NCBI GenBank assembly: GCA_963815455.1
Contig: CAWFGO010000003.1
Location: forward strand, 416,001-480,000
Source of the DNA: an uncultured Verrucomicrobiae bacterium
GTDB taxonomy: Bacteria; Verrucomicrobiota; Verrucomicrobiia; Chthoniobacterales; UBA10450
Direction of reading: 5' to 3'
Length of the DNA: 64,000 nucleotides
In this document: positions 1 to 10,194 of the stretch, piece by piece
Position numbering within the stretch: the first letter of the stretch is position 1
Layout: each line of letters begins with the position of its first letter
Notes under the pieces: model-generated
The model's database searches: none
The model's input: only the letters and a program-made list of their open reading frames with translations
What the model was told of the DNA's origin: nothing
Translations under genes and position numbers: made by a program

Positions 1-434
1 TTATCCGGGCTGAGATTTTGAAACGGCAGCACCGCGATGCTCTTTGTCGGAATCGCGTTATTGGAATCCGACTCTTCCAGCGTTGCGTTCTGCCAGGGGT
101 GCCACCACCAATAGCTCGCGAGCGGAACCGCCGCGATAAATGTTCCGGCCAGAGCGACCAGCCACAATTGCCGCCGTCTATAAACGCGCAGTCCCCTGGC
201 GTTGGGGGTGCGTCGAATCCCTTCCGCCGTGATGTCGTAAATCCATCCCAGGATCAGCGACAACGGAAAGCCCGCCGCAATGAGCACAATAAATACCTGC
301 TGAATCCATTGCCGCGCATGAAAAATTGGCAGGATCGTCCCGCCAATCTGAATCATGGCCGACGCGAAAATCCCATACGCGAATGCCACCCGATAAACCC
401 GGCGTCTCTTCAGTTCTCCCAGGAGCGATTTCAT
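1..434 (-). CDS. Membrane protein with TolB-like 'KSIAVLPF' domain (adenylate cyclase/TPR-associated family), 5' part only, truncated by window edge
   Basis: Manual translation from ATG at 434: MKSLLGELKRRRVYRVAFAYG... with TM helices, then PTKSIAVLPFQNLSPD at the window edge; absent from the ORF track because no stop lies in the window. Confidence 0.75.
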   Translation of the reverse strand, partial: MKSLLGELKRRRVYRVAFAYGIFASAMIQIGGTILPIFHARQWIQQVFIVLIAAGFPLSLILGWIYDITAEGIRRTPNARGLRVYRRRQLWLVALAGTFIAAVPLASYWWWHPWQNATLEESDSNNAIPTKSIAVLPFQNLSPD

Positions 435-516
435 GCGCGCCGCACCATAGTGCGAACCTATCCGTTTTCGCCAGTGATCCCGAAAATTTTATCCAGGATT
501 TTAGCTGACGAAGGAA

Positions 517-1164
517 CTAAGGCGCCTGCTTCTCGAGCTGATGCCGGAAATAGCCCTTCCAACTTTCGGGCAACGCCTCGACTGCGATCGCCCGGCGCAA
601 TGTTCCGACATCGTCTTTCTCAAAGGCGTAGAGCCGAGTAATGTCCGCAACCCTAATCTCTGCCTGTTCGCGCCCGATCAATTTTATCTCGTCGCCGGCG
701 TCCACCTTACCCTCGCGAGACACTGCAAAATAAAAACCGGTGCGACGGCTGGCCAGAAATCGCTTGATGATATCCGCCCGTCCAAACTTAATGCCCAGCT
801 TGTAGCAGGGCATCCGTGGTTCTGTGATCATGACTTCCGCCTCACCGATTCGAAACCTGTCCCCGATACAGACAGAATCCTCGGCCAATCCCTCGGTAGT
901 AAGATTCTCTCCAAACATTCCCGGCGGCAGATTCATTTCCGGCAACTCTGTCCGCCAAAAATCGTAATGCTCCGACGGATATGCATAAACCGCTTTGGTT
1001 GCGCCGCCGTGAACCGTCAGATCCGCTTGTCGATCTCCATCCAGATTCAACGTCCGCATCATCACGGGCCCTTTGACCGGCTCCTTGAAAATTCCCGTCG
1101 AGACAAGCCTGCCCTGCCAAGTCACCTCCCTCGGCAATCCAACATTCAGCGACACAATCTTCAT
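517..1164 (-). CDS. MOSC domain protein with 3-alpha domain (YiiM-like)
   Basis: LDGDRQADLTVHGG, FGENLT and PRMPCYKL motifs; RTGFYFAV. Confidence 0.9.
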   Translation of the reverse strand: MKIVSLNVGLPREVTWQGRLVSTGIFKEPVKGPVMMRTLNLDGDRQADLTVHGGATKAVYAYPSEHYDFWRTELPEMNLPPGMFGENLTTEGLAEDSVCIGDRFRIGEAEVMITEPRMPCYKLGIKFGRADIIKRFLASRRTGFYFAVSREGKVDAGDEIKLIGREQAEIRVADITRLYAFEKDDVGTLRRAIAVEALPESWKGYFRHQLEKQAP

Positions 1165-1260
1165 GAGCCTCCGATCATTTCAGCAATCTAATCTTCCAAC
1201 CTCATGTCGGCACTGAAAATCCGTGATATCCGCGTAATCCGCGGTTAAGCATTCTGTTGG

Positions 1261-2589
1261 ATGCCAACAAAGTTCGTCCTTATCGGAAGCGGCCTGGCCG
1301 GCGGACTGCTCGCCGCCTACCTCGGACGGCGCGAATACGATGTCGATCTTTACGAGCGTCGGGCCGATCCGCGCGAAGGCAACATTGTCGGCGGGCGCTC
1401 GATCAATCTCGCGCTCTCGACCCGCGGGATCCACGCGCTCGAACAAATCGGCATTGCCGATGAAGTCCTCAAACATGCCATCCCGATGCCGGGGCGAATG
1501 ATCCACGATAAATCCGGCGCGCTCCATTTCTCTCCGTACGATGTCGATCCAAAGAAGTGCATCAACTCGATCGGGCGCGCCGCGCTCAACACCACGGTAA
1601 TCGAAGCGGCCCAGCGTTATCCGAACGTGCGCGTGCACTTCAATCATCAGTGCACCGATGTCGATCTTGATTCGGCTACCGCCCAACTCCTCAACACCTC
1701 AACCAATCAACCTCTCAACTCTTCCGGGGACGCGATCATCGGCGTGGACGGCGCGTTCTCCGCTGTGCGTCAATCGATGCAGCGCAAGATCGACAAGTTC
1801 CATTACGACGAGAGCTATCTCGCTCACGGTTACAAGGAGCTTACCATCCCACCCGCGCCCGATGGCGGATGGCGTATGGAAAAGAATGCGCTCCACATCT
1901 GGCCGCGCAAAAGTTTCATGATGATCGCGCTGCCGAATCCCGATGGCTCGTTCACCTGTACGCTCTTTTGGGAATTCAAAGGCCCACGCAGCTTTGAAAC
2001 CACCACGTCTGATCCCGATGTTCGCCAATTCTTCGAGGAGGAATTCCCCGACGCCGTGCCGCTCATGCCAACGTTGCTGGAGGATTTTCGCGAAAATCCG
2101 ACTGGGTCGCTGGTAACGATCCGGTGCGCGCCCTGGTACTATGAAGATAAGGTCGCGCTGGTCGGAGATGCCGCTCATGCGGTCGTGCCGTTCTACGGCC
2201 AGGGAATGAACGCCGCCTTCGAAGATTGCGTCGTGCTCGACGAATGCCTGGCCGAATTTCCGCAAGATCGACAACGCGCCTTCGCCGAGTATTTCTCGCG
2301 GCGGAAAGAAAACGCCGACGCCCTGGCCGATCTGGCCGTCCAAAACTTCATCGAGATGCGCGACAAAACCGCCTCGCGCGTTTTTCGCGCGAAAAAGAAA
2401 CTCGATCACGCGCTGGAGAGTTGGTTGCCGGGCATTTATTTGCCGCTCTACACGATGGTCACATTCACAAGAATTCCCTACGCCGCAGCCGCAAAACGCG
2501 CCCGCTTCCAGGATGCGATCCTTTACGGGAGTCTTGTTCTCCTGGCAGCATTGATCGTAGGATCAACAATCGCAATCTTTACAAGATGA
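1261..2589 (+). CDS. kmo: Kynurenine 3-monooxygenase
   Basis: GSGLAG FAD motif, GRSINLALSTRG, GYKELTIP, NALHIWPR, FMMIALPN, GDAAHAVVPFYGQGMN; kynurenine genes nearby. Confidence 0.93.
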   Translation: MPTKFVLIGSGLAGGLLAAYLGRREYDVDLYERRADPREGNIVGGRSINLALSTRGIHALEQIGIADEVLKHAIPMPGRMIHDKSGALHFSPYDVDPKKCINSIGRAALNTTVIEAAQRYPNVRVHFNHQCTDVDLDSATAQLLNTSTNQPLNSSGDAIIGVDGAFSAVRQSMQRKIDKFHYDESYLAHGYKELTIPPAPDGGWRMEKNALHIWPRKSFMMIALPNPDGSFTCTLFWEFKGPRSFETTTSDPDVRQFFEEEFPDAVPLMPTLLEDFRENPTGSLVTIRCAPWYYEDKVALVGDAAHAVVPFYGQGMNAAFEDCVVLDECLAEFPQDRQRAFAEYFSRRKENADALADLAVQNFIEMRDKTASRVFRAKKKLDHALESWLPGIYLPLYTMVTFTRIPYAAAAKRARFQDAILYGSLVLLAALIVGSTIAIFTR

Positions 2590-3020
2590 GCACCAATTTT
2601 CTCGGGCGGCTCACGGCGGGTCTTTCTCTTTTCCTGCTCGTGACCGGATGTCAGAAGACCGGCAAGATTTCGCCAGAACTCCAGGCGCGGTTCGACAAGG
2701 AAGGCCTCCTCCATCGCGCCGATGATCTCACTTTTCGCCGGACTCGCCCGGCGGGTCAGCGCGATTCGGGATGGGACGAGAAGCGAGCCTCCATTATTGT
2801 TACCCGCGAAAGCGTGTTTCTTCATGTGAACGGAAAGCCGCAGGTCGAAATCACGCCGCGCTCGACCGGCTTCTACGAAGTCCGCCGCGATCACGACCGG
2901 ATCAGTCTGCGCGCCGGCAGCGGCAAATCCGCCCTCAGCTGGTCCTTTCGACCGCCCGACGATGCCGATGCGTGGGCAATGGACATCCGCGCGGTGATCA
3001 AGAACGCGAAGTCTCGTTAG
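2586..3020 (+). CDS. Hypothetical lipoprotein
   Basis: ATG overlaps kmo stop (ATGA); MSTNFLGRLTAGLSLFLLVTGC lipobox. Confidence 0.65.
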   Translation: MSTNFLGRLTAGLSLFLLVTGCQKTGKISPELQARFDKEGLLHRADDLTFRRTRPAGQRDSGWDEKRASIIVTRESVFLHVNGKPQVEITPRSTGFYEVRRDHDRISLRAGSGKSALSWSFRPPDDADAWAMDIRAVIKNAKSR

Positions 3021-3182
3021 GAATCTGCTTCCGCTCGGGGGATCGAGCAGTCCCGTGCTCGATGTTAGTTTGGCGGCGCAGCCGCATTTTGGTCGGCATC
3101 GCCCGACGGAGCGGCCGATCCACCTTTTCGCCATCGTCTGATTTCTTTACCATTGGGAGGTTCCGCGGCTAAACTGCAGCGC

Positions 3183-3701
3183 ATGGAAAACGATCTAGCC
3201 CAACTGGCCCACGACCGGTATGAGATCGCGGACGCATTGCATCGCTACTCTTTCAGTCTCGATCACGGCGATGCCGATTCGCTGGCGTCGGCATTGACCG
3301 AAGATTGCGTTTTCGATTTCCGACCCGCGAGCAAGAAGCTCGGGCTGGACTTCGGTTTGTTAACTGGGCGCGACGCCATCCTCAAAGCCGTTCTACCGTT
3401 GATCGGCCCTCTCGACACCAGTCACACCGCCAGCAATCTCCAGATCGAGATCAGTGGCGACTCAGCCACCCTGACGGCCTATGTGATGTCGCAACATTTC
3501 ATGCCCCGCGAAGGTTCGCGCCGCGGATCGGAGAACGCGCTCTTGATGAACCGTTACGATTGTGAGTTGGTCCGCGACGGCGAGAAATGGCGCTTTAAAC
3601 GCATGACCATCGACAACGCCTGGGCCCAAGGTGACCCGGAGATATTGAACGCATTAGCAACCCACCGAGCGCTAACGTCGAAACCAAGGGCACCAAAATA
3701 G
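3183..3701 (+). CDS. SnoaL-like / NTF2-family protein
   Basis: DRYEIADALHRYSFSLD, TSHTASN, RYDCELVRDGEKWRF pattern. Confidence 0.85.
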   Translation: MENDLAQLAHDRYEIADALHRYSFSLDHGDADSLASALTEDCVFDFRPASKKLGLDFGLLTGRDAILKAVLPLIGPLDTSHTASNLQIEISGDSATLTAYVMSQHFMPREGSRRGSENALLMNRYDCELVRDGEKWRFKRMTIDNAWAQGDPEILNALATHRALTSKPRAPK

Positions 3702-3898
3702 GTTCCCTCTTGAACTGCGAATGGAGCGAATGGGATGAGCGACATAGAAGGGTCCGCGCCGGACTGGCATTGGTCGCGAGGGTAGAGATGAAAAAGCGCG
3801 GGCAGCGGCTGAGTTTCAAGCCGAGACAGTCGAAATAATCGCGCCGAATTCGAGGTTGATCCCGGAAGAGTGAGATCAACGTAGCCAGACCCGTCCTG

Positions 3899-4300
3899 TT
3901 ACTTTAGCCAGGCGATCTTGATTTCGCGCTCGATCGCCTTGAACTCGGTGTCGCCGGTCACAAGTTCGCAATTGCGTTGTTTGGCCAGCGCTGCGGCAAA
4001 AGCGTCCGCCAGGCTAATTCGATGAGACGCTTTCAACCGCGCCGCAATATCTGCCAGTTCCCTGGTAACGGCATGGAAATGGATCGGCAACGAAACCAAA
4101 CTTGCCGCAACCGATTCCCAGCCCGCGGGACCGCTTCGGCGAATAACAATGTATTGGACCTCGGCATAATTGACTTCCGTCATATGCAGCGGCTCACGCC
4201 GCGATGCCGCTTTGTGAAGCAACTCCTCGATTCGGTTCGCACCCTGTTCGTCGCCGAAATATGCAAGCAGGGCGAAACTATCGAGAACGGCGCCGGCCAT
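3899..4300 (-). CDS. vapC: PIN-domain toxin (VapC)
   Basis: VLDSFALLAY, EVNYAEV, SLADAFAAALA, LVTGDTEF acidic PIN residues; overlaps antitoxin. Confidence 0.9.
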   Translation of the reverse strand: MAGAVLDSFALLAYFGDEQGANRIEELLHKAASRREPLHMTEVNYAEVQYIVIRRSGPAGWESVAASLVSLPIHFHAVTRELADIAARLKASHRISLADAFAAALAKQRNCELVTGDTEFKAIEREIKIAWLK

Positions 4301-4568
4301 ATTTTCGTTCTTCCAGCTTTTTCTCTTCCCGTTTGTATTTCGCCCACCATTGACGGAAAGGCTTCTGCCCGGGCTGTCGTTTCAGAATCCCACGCGCTCG
4401 TTTGATGGCCGCGCCCGTGATTGGTTTCAACAGAATTCCTTCCGCCGTCGTCTGGACAACTGCCCTTGTTCCATTCTCGATTTCAAACTCCCGGCGAATC
4501 CGCCGTGGAATGACCACCTGTCCTTTCACGGTGAAAGAGACCGTTTCTCGATCCTTCGTAGCCGACAT
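4278..4568 (-). CDS. vapB: AbrB/MazE-family antitoxin (VapB)
   Basis: TVKGQVVIPRRIRREFEI AbrB signature directly upstream of the PIN toxin. Confidence 0.85.
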   Translation of the reverse strand: MSATKDRETVSFTVKGQVVIPRRIRREFEIENGTRAVVQTTAEGILLKPITGAAIKRARGILKRQPGQKPFRQWWAKYKREEKKLEERKYGRRRSR

Positions 4569-4572
4569 GCCA

Positions 4573-4619
4573 ATAGTAAACCACACAGAAAATGTATGTC
4601 AATCTGTAACTCGCTTACA
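4573..4619 (-). promoter_or_regulatory. Sigma70-type promoter of vapBC with adjacent palindromic operator
   Basis: Minus strand TTGACA(4602-4597)-N18-TACTAT(4578-4573), 4 nt before ATG; palindrome TGTAA-N5-TTACA at 4605-4619. Confidence 0.6.
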
Positions 4620-4758
4620 TTTTGGTTCCTTCACACCTCAGCGATCTTTAGAAGAGCGAGATCAACCAAGCGAAGCCGGCCTCGAATTGAATTGTTTTCG
4701 CGAGACAGAGACGGTAAATTTCTTTCAACTCACAACCATCAACTCTCAACTTCTTCAT

Positions 4759-5202
4759 ATGAACGATACTTACGTTCCACTGATCACCTCCGGCGTGGCC
4801 GGGCCACTCGGCGTTCTGCATCTCCCGCGGCTCTGGCAGAAAGTCTCACTCGAAGCGGCGGGTAAACTTGCCGACGGCTATCCCGGGATGGGCCGAGGCT
4901 ACGACGCGATGACTTGCGCCGCGCTCGGGCTCGACGAACAGGCGGTGCAGGATTACATCAAACAGAGCAAGCCGACCTATCCCCAATTCGAAGCGTGGGT
5001 GAAAAAGAATGCGAAATCGCTCAATCCGCAGGCGGTCGAAAAGCATAATGCCGCGGTGCGCGGTTACATTCACGATGACGATACCCGCAAGACAATTTTG
5101 GGAGCGTGCGGCATCCCCGATGATGCGTCAGCGCCCAAAGACGCGGTGAACCTGAATAACCTGGATGATTGGTACGCTTTTCATCAGCAGGTCTTGAAGT
5201 AG
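4759..5202 (+). CDS. DUF5069-like protein
   Basis: VPLITSGVAGPLGVLHLPRLWQK ... LNNLDDW; family recognised from memory. Confidence 0.65.
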   Translation: MNDTYVPLITSGVAGPLGVLHLPRLWQKVSLEAAGKLADGYPGMGRGYDAMTCAALGLDEQAVQDYIKQSKPTYPQFEAWVKKNAKSLNPQAVEKHNAAVRGYIHDDDTRKTILGACGIPDDASAPKDAVNLNNLDDWYAFHQQVLK

Positions 5203-5406
5203 CAGAGACCGCGGATTACGCGGATGGCACGGATACAATCTCGAATTCAGAGAGCAGAGAGAATCGGCCACGGATGAACACCCGCCTCCGAATCTACGGC
5301 GCGGCGGGCGGATTTTCACGGATCCGAGAACTGGCTCCGGAAGTCAGGAAACTTGCCAAATCCATGTTTATCTGTGTCGATCCGTGGCTAAGCTTTCTGC
5401 CTCGCC

Positions 5407-6610
5407 ATGATCACGGCATTCCGCAACACAGCTGAATCGTTAGCAGCGGGCGCCAAGTCGCTGCCGCAAAAATATTTCGTTTCCCCGGAAGTTTTCGCTG
5501 AAGAACAGGCGAAGATCTTCGCCAAACAGTGGCTGTTGGTCGGGCATCAGAGCCAGATTGTGAAACCAGGCGATTACTTTCTTATTGAAGTGCCGGCTCC
5601 GCCTTCGCAGCAAGGCTACGGCGCGACAAAGGAAAGTATAATCGTAGTCAGAGATCAAAAGTCAGAGGTCAGAGGCTTTCATAATGTCTGCCGACATCGA
5701 GGCTCACGGTTGAAAGAAGACACCTGCGGTCATGCGTCCACGATTCAATGCCCTTATCATGCCTGGACCTACGGCCTCGACGGGCGATTAATCGGCGCGC
5801 CGCACATGGACGAGGTGCCGGGTTTTGTTAAGGCCGATTATTCTTTGAAGCCGGTGAAGCTCGATGTTTGGGAGGGATTTATTTTTGTGAACCTCAAGGG
5901 CGAGAGAACCGGGGTCAGCGACCCCGGCTACAGTTCGCTGGAACGTTGGTTCGCGCCGCTCAACGGAAAGTTTTCGCACTGGAACATGTCGATCCTGCGC
6001 TCGGCGAAACGGATCGAGTACGACGTGCGGGCGAATTGGAAGTTGATGTTCGAAAATTATTCGGAGTGCTATCACTGCCTGGGCGTGCATCCGCAGCTCC
6101 AGAAAGTTTCACCCTACGATTCGGCGGAAAACGATCTGACCGAAGGACCGTTCCTCGGTGGATTCATGTCCGTCACAAAAGGCGACAGCCTGACGATGAC
6201 CGGCAAAACCTGCGCGTTGCCGGTAGGCGATATCAACGCGGCCGACTTCCGTCGCGCTTTTTATTATTCCATTTTCCCGAACATGCTCCTGAGCCTGCAT
6301 CCGGAATACGTGATGGTGCACCAGCTTTGGCCGCAATCACCGGATCGCACCCTGATCGTGTGCGATTGGCTCTTTCATCCGGACGCTTTTAAGTCCGGCG
6401 AAGAGGCCGGGGTCACCGACCCCGGCTACAGCTTCAATCCGGAGGACGCAATCGAGTTTTGGGACATTACCAACAAACAGGATTGGCACGTGTGCGAGCT
6501 CAGCCAGCAGGGAATTGCCTCGCGCGCATACGAGCCGGGGCCGTATTCGTCTCGGGAATCCATTCCAGCGGCATGGGATGAGGTACTATCTGCGGCAGAT
6601 GAAGCTGTAG
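5407..6610 (+). CDS. Rieske non-heme iron oxygenase alpha subunit (choline monooxygenase/GbcA-like); +1 indel near 6583
   Basis: CRHRG...CPYHAW Rieske motif, ENYSECYHC..VH iron site, QDWHVCE; removing one G near 6583 gives ...AWDEYYLRQMKL* ending at TAG 6608-6610. Confidence 0.85.
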
Positions 6611-6833
6611 CGGCAGCATGCCGCCTGCAAACAAGGATTTCTCGGTGCGGCCGACACGACCGCCTGTCCACCGCCGCCCAACGTCGGCATCGGAAAATAA
6701 GCGCTTCTGATTGTGTTCATGTCTTGATCGAAATTTGACCCTCCCGGAGGGACATGCTCCAGCATGTCCAGGACGCGCAGAAGCGCGTCCCTCCGTCGTT
6801 GACTCGCGGGCGCGCGGCGTAGAGCATTGAGCG

Positions 6834-7619
6834 ATGCCGCCACTGACCTACGCGAACTATCTCGATCTGGAGAAGCTGCTCACTCTGCAGAAACCACGCT
6901 CCACGCCGGCCGAGCACGACGAGATGCTATTCATCATCATTCACCAGACCTACGAGCTCTGGTTCAAGCAGTTGTTGCATGAGTTTGAGAAAATAAAGCG
7001 CGATTTCTCGGCCGGCGATCTCTTCAGCGCGATTCATTCGTTCAAGCGCACCCGCACCATCATGAAAGTCCTCGTGGCGCAGATCGACATCCTGGAAACG
7101 ATGACGCCGTCGTCGTTTTCCAGCTTTCGCGACCGGCTCGAGACGGCGTCCGGATTTCAGTCGATCCAGTTTCGGGAATTGGAATTTGTGCTCGGATATA
7201 AACGGGGTTCGACGCTCAAATACGTTAAACCGGATTTTCCAGGGTACGATCGGCTTCAGCAGCGGCTCGTGGAACGGACCGTGATCGATCATTTCTACGA
7301 TTTCCTGGAGAAGCGCGGTGCGAAAATTCCGGCGGAGCTGAAAACGCGCGACATCACCCAGCCAAACGAACCGAACGAGCAGGTCCAGCGCGAAATTCTG
7401 CGCCTCTATAAAGAATCACCGGAAGTCTCGATCCTGTTCGAGCTGATGACCGATTTCGACGAAGGGCTCCAGGAATGGCGTTACCGGCATATCAAGTTGG
7501 TTGAACGCACCATCGGCGCGAAAAAAGGGACGGGCGGTTCGCCGGGTGTGCCGTTCTTAAAGGAATCGTTGTTCAAACCGATTTTTCACGATCTGTGGGC
7601 GATCCGGCATGAAATGTAG
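6834..7619 (+). CDS. kynA: Tryptophan 2,3-dioxygenase
   Basis: HDEMLFIIIHQTYELWFK, ASGFQSIQFR, WRYRH, GTGGSPG. Confidence 0.95.
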   Translation: MPPLTYANYLDLEKLLTLQKPRSTPAEHDEMLFIIIHQTYELWFKQLLHEFEKIKRDFSAGDLFSAIHSFKRTRTIMKVLVAQIDILETMTPSSFSSFRDRLETASGFQSIQFRELEFVLGYKRGSTLKYVKPDFPGYDRLQQRLVERTVIDHFYDFLEKRGAKIPAELKTRDITQPNEPNEQVQREILRLYKESPEVSILFELMTDFDEGLQEWRYRHIKLVERTIGAKKGTGGSPGVPFLKESLFKPIFHDLWAIRHEM

Positions 7620-7671
7620 CCGCGGCGCCGCGGAATGACGAAGCACGAATGTCGAAATCGACGAAACTAAA

Positions 7672-8290
7672 GTGATCTACGATATTTCGCCACGAATTGC
7701 GTCGAAACTTGCCGTTTGGCCAGGCGATACGCGCGCCGAGTCGTGAGGTCCTGATGGATCTCGCGCGCGGCGATAGCGTCACGCTTTCCACGTTGCGGGC
7801 GACGGTTCATCTCGGAGCGCACGCAGATGGGCCAAATCATTACGGGAAAGACGCGCCGGCAATCGACCAGCGCTCGCTCGACTATTATCTCGGGCCGTGT
7901 CAGGTCATCCGGATGAATGTGGAGCGGTCGACCCGCATCGCCCCGGCAAAGTTGCGGAGCGAAATTAGTCAGCCGCGAGTCCTGCTCGCGACGGGCACAT
8001 ATCCCGATCCTCAAACCTGGAACAGTGATTTCGCCGCATTGTCGGTCGAGCTGGTCGATTTTCTCCACGAACGCGGCGTGATCACGGTGGGGATCGATAC
8101 GCCAAGCGTGGACCTATTCGAATCGAAGGATTTGCCCGCGCACAAGGCGATCCTCAAGCATGACATGTCGATCCTGGAAGGGCTCGTGCTGAAAGATGTG
8201 CCCGAAGGAACTTATGAATTGATTGCGTTGCCGCTGCCACTGGTCGGGTTCGATGCCAGCCCGGTCCGGGCGATTCTAAGAACGATCTAA
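7672..8290 (+). CDS. kynB: Kynurenine formamidase (cyclase family); indel near 7730
   Basis: GTG start gives IYDISP...VWPGDT, then a frame switch to HLGAHADGPNH, GIDTPSVD, LEGLVL, DASPVRA; follows kynA. Confidence 0.88.
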
Positions 8291-8294
8291 CCAG

Positions 8295-8356
8295 GTAGGG
8301 ACGGATCTCCGAGCCGTCCGTGGAATTCGTCAGACGCCCCGGAGATGCGTCCCTAC
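8295..8356. repeat. GTAG-tagged REP-like inverted doublet between convergent kynB and ACMSD
   Basis: GTAGGGACG...CGTCCCTAC inverted termini, each arm a hairpin. Confidence 0.75.
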
Positions 8357-9432
8357 CTGAGGCCGAGAAATTCGCGAGCGGTTTCGGACAACAACTGCGA
8401 TTGCTCTGTCGCGGTCAATTTCATTGATTCGATGAGATCGCCAGCGCGTTCTTCGCCTAACGGAAACGGATAATCGGAGCCGAGCGCGACACGTTCCGGG
8501 CCGAATAGCTTGAGCAGGGCCCTTAGCGCATCGGCATCGTGCACGAGCGAATCGACGTAAAACCGCGCGGGCGTCTCCTTGTGAGCCAGATATTTTCGCG
8601 GCTCGGTTTTATTGTCGATCGCGACCAAATCGGGACGGACGTGAAAAGCGTGTTCGATTCGCCCGATCGTGAACGGGAATGCGCCGCCGCCGTGGGCGAA
8701 GGCCACGCGAAGTTTCGGAAACCGCTCGAACACTCCGCCAAAAATCATCGAACAAATGGCGAGGGACGTTTCCGCCGGCATGCCAACCAGCCAGGGCAGC
8801 CAATATTTCGGCATCCGTTCCTTGCCTATCATGTCCCAGGGATGAACGAAGATGGCGGCGTTGAGTTGCTCGGCTGTTTTCCAGACAACATCGAGCGAGG
8901 GATGATCGAGGTTCCGGCATTCGGGCCCGTGGCAATGATCGTTAGGATCGACATGGGTGCCAATCTCGACGCCGCGCAGACCGAGTTCGCGCACGCAGCG
9001 GTCCAGTTCGCGCGCAGCAAGATCGACATCCTGCAATGGGACCGTGCCGAGACCGGCAAACTGTTTCGGATGCGCCCGCACAATTTCCGCGATGTGATCG
9101 TTCAACATGCGGGCAAGATCGAACGCGTCGTGCGGTTTCGCCCAGTAACTGAACATCACCGGCACGGTCGAAAGCACCTGCATCGACACGCCTGCAGCGT
9201 CCATTTCCTCGATCCGGCGCTTCGGGTCCCAGACGTTATCGGTGATCTCGCGAAAAACCCGGTCGCCGATCATCATTCGCGCACAACACGGCTTGTGATG
9301 ATCCAGCCGGACGAACCCGGCGTAGCCGTATTTCGCATCAAGATCCGGCCATTCTTTCGGCAGGATGTGCGTGTGAAGATCGATCTTCAAGGAGAGTGGC
9401 AGGTGACGAGTGACATGTGATGAGAAAGACAA
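8353..9432 (-). CDS. nbaD: 2-amino-3-carboxymuconate-6-semialdehyde decarboxylase (ACMSD, amidohydrolase_2)
   Basis: IDLHTHILP, QVLSTVPVMFSYWA, FVHPWDM, WLVGMPAET, AHGGG, GSDYPFPLGE. Confidence 0.93.
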   Translation of the reverse strand: MSFSSHVTRHLPLSLKIDLHTHILPKEWPDLDAKYGYAGFVRLDHHKPCCARMMIGDRVFREITDNVWDPKRRIEEMDAAGVSMQVLSTVPVMFSYWAKPHDAFDLARMLNDHIAEIVRAHPKQFAGLGTVPLQDVDLAARELDRCVRELGLRGVEIGTHVDPNDHCHGPECRNLDHPSLDVVWKTAEQLNAAIFVHPWDMIGKERMPKYWLPWLVGMPAETSLAICSMIFGGVFERFPKLRVAFAHGGGAFPFTIGRIEHAFHVRPDLVAIDNKTEPRKYLAHKETPARFYVDSLVHDADALRALLKLFGPERVALGSDYPFPLGEERAGDLIESMKLTATEQSQLLSETAREFLGLR

Positions 9433-9474
9433 CGCAACGCCAGCAGAAACTCGTCACCCGTCACTTGTCACTCG

Positions 9475-10014
9475 TCACTTTCTAAATGGCTTGGTCGGCT
9501 CCGGCTTTGGGACCTTGGTTCCGCATTTCTTACAGGTTCGGCGCGCGTCATCATTCCAGAAATCCAGCATCGCCTGGCTGAAATGCTGAACGATGTCGCC
9601 GCAATCAAAATCAATGTCTTCCACGAGCGCGCCGCATTTTTCGCAGTAGAAAATTACGTGTTCGTGCTCGCCCGGCGGACGGCGGCGCTCGACCACCACG
9701 CCCAGCGTGTCGGGCGGTCGAACCGGCGCATGCGGCACATTCGGCGGGATGAAGAACGTCTCCCCTTCGCGCACCAGATGATCGACAATGCGATCGCCCT
9801 CGCGGATGCGCACTTTAATGTCCCCCTTGAGTTGGTAGAAGTATTCTTCGGAATCGACGAGGTGAAAATCGTTTCGCGCGTTCGGGCCCTTGATCACCAT
9901 CACAAAAAAATCGCGCCCGTCATATAGATAGAGATTGCTTACCGGTGGTTTGAACTTGTCTCGGTTCTCCTCAATCCAGTTTTTCAGGTCGATCGGCGGT
10001 TGCACTGTCGTCAT
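9475..10014 (-). CDS. nbaC: 3-hydroxyanthranilate 3,4-dioxygenase
   Basis: KPPVSN, GPNARNDFH, EEYFYQ, PNVPHAP, rubredoxin-like CEKC/CKKC. Confidence 0.93.
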   Translation of the reverse strand: MTTVQPPIDLKNWIEENRDKFKPPVSNLYLYDGRDFFVMVIKGPNARNDFHLVDSEEYFYQLKGDIKVRIREGDRIVDHLVREGETFFIPPNVPHAPVRPPDTLGVVVERRRPPGEHEHVIFYCEKCGALVEDIDFDCGDIVQHFSQAMLDFWNDDARRTCKKCGTKVPKPEPTKPFRK

Positions 10015-10021
10015 AACGCGC

Positions 10022-10050
10022 AGCGTATTTCCTCAGACGCGCAGCGTCAA
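10022..10050 (-). promoter_or_regulatory. Sigma70-type promoter of nbaC, probably leaderless
   Basis: TTGACG-N17-TACGCT-N7-ATG on the minus strand, no Shine-Dalgarno. Confidence 0.6.
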
Positions 10051-10052
10051 CC

Positions 10053-10125
10053 TGTAGGGGCGGTCTCTGACCGTCGCCATCTCGTACCCGCGTGCGATGG
10101 TCAGTGGTCAGAGACCGCCGCTCCA
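10053..10125. repeat. GTAG-tagged REP-like inverted doublet
   Basis: TGTAGGGGCGGTCTCTGACC...GGTCAGAGACCGCCGCTCCA; same family as 40352 and 44074. Confidence 0.75.
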
Positions 10126-10194
10126 GCCAGGACAGGATCGACATCATGTTTTATGTTGAAGCGCTCTCGCGGGCACGCATTATATCCGCCGCTC

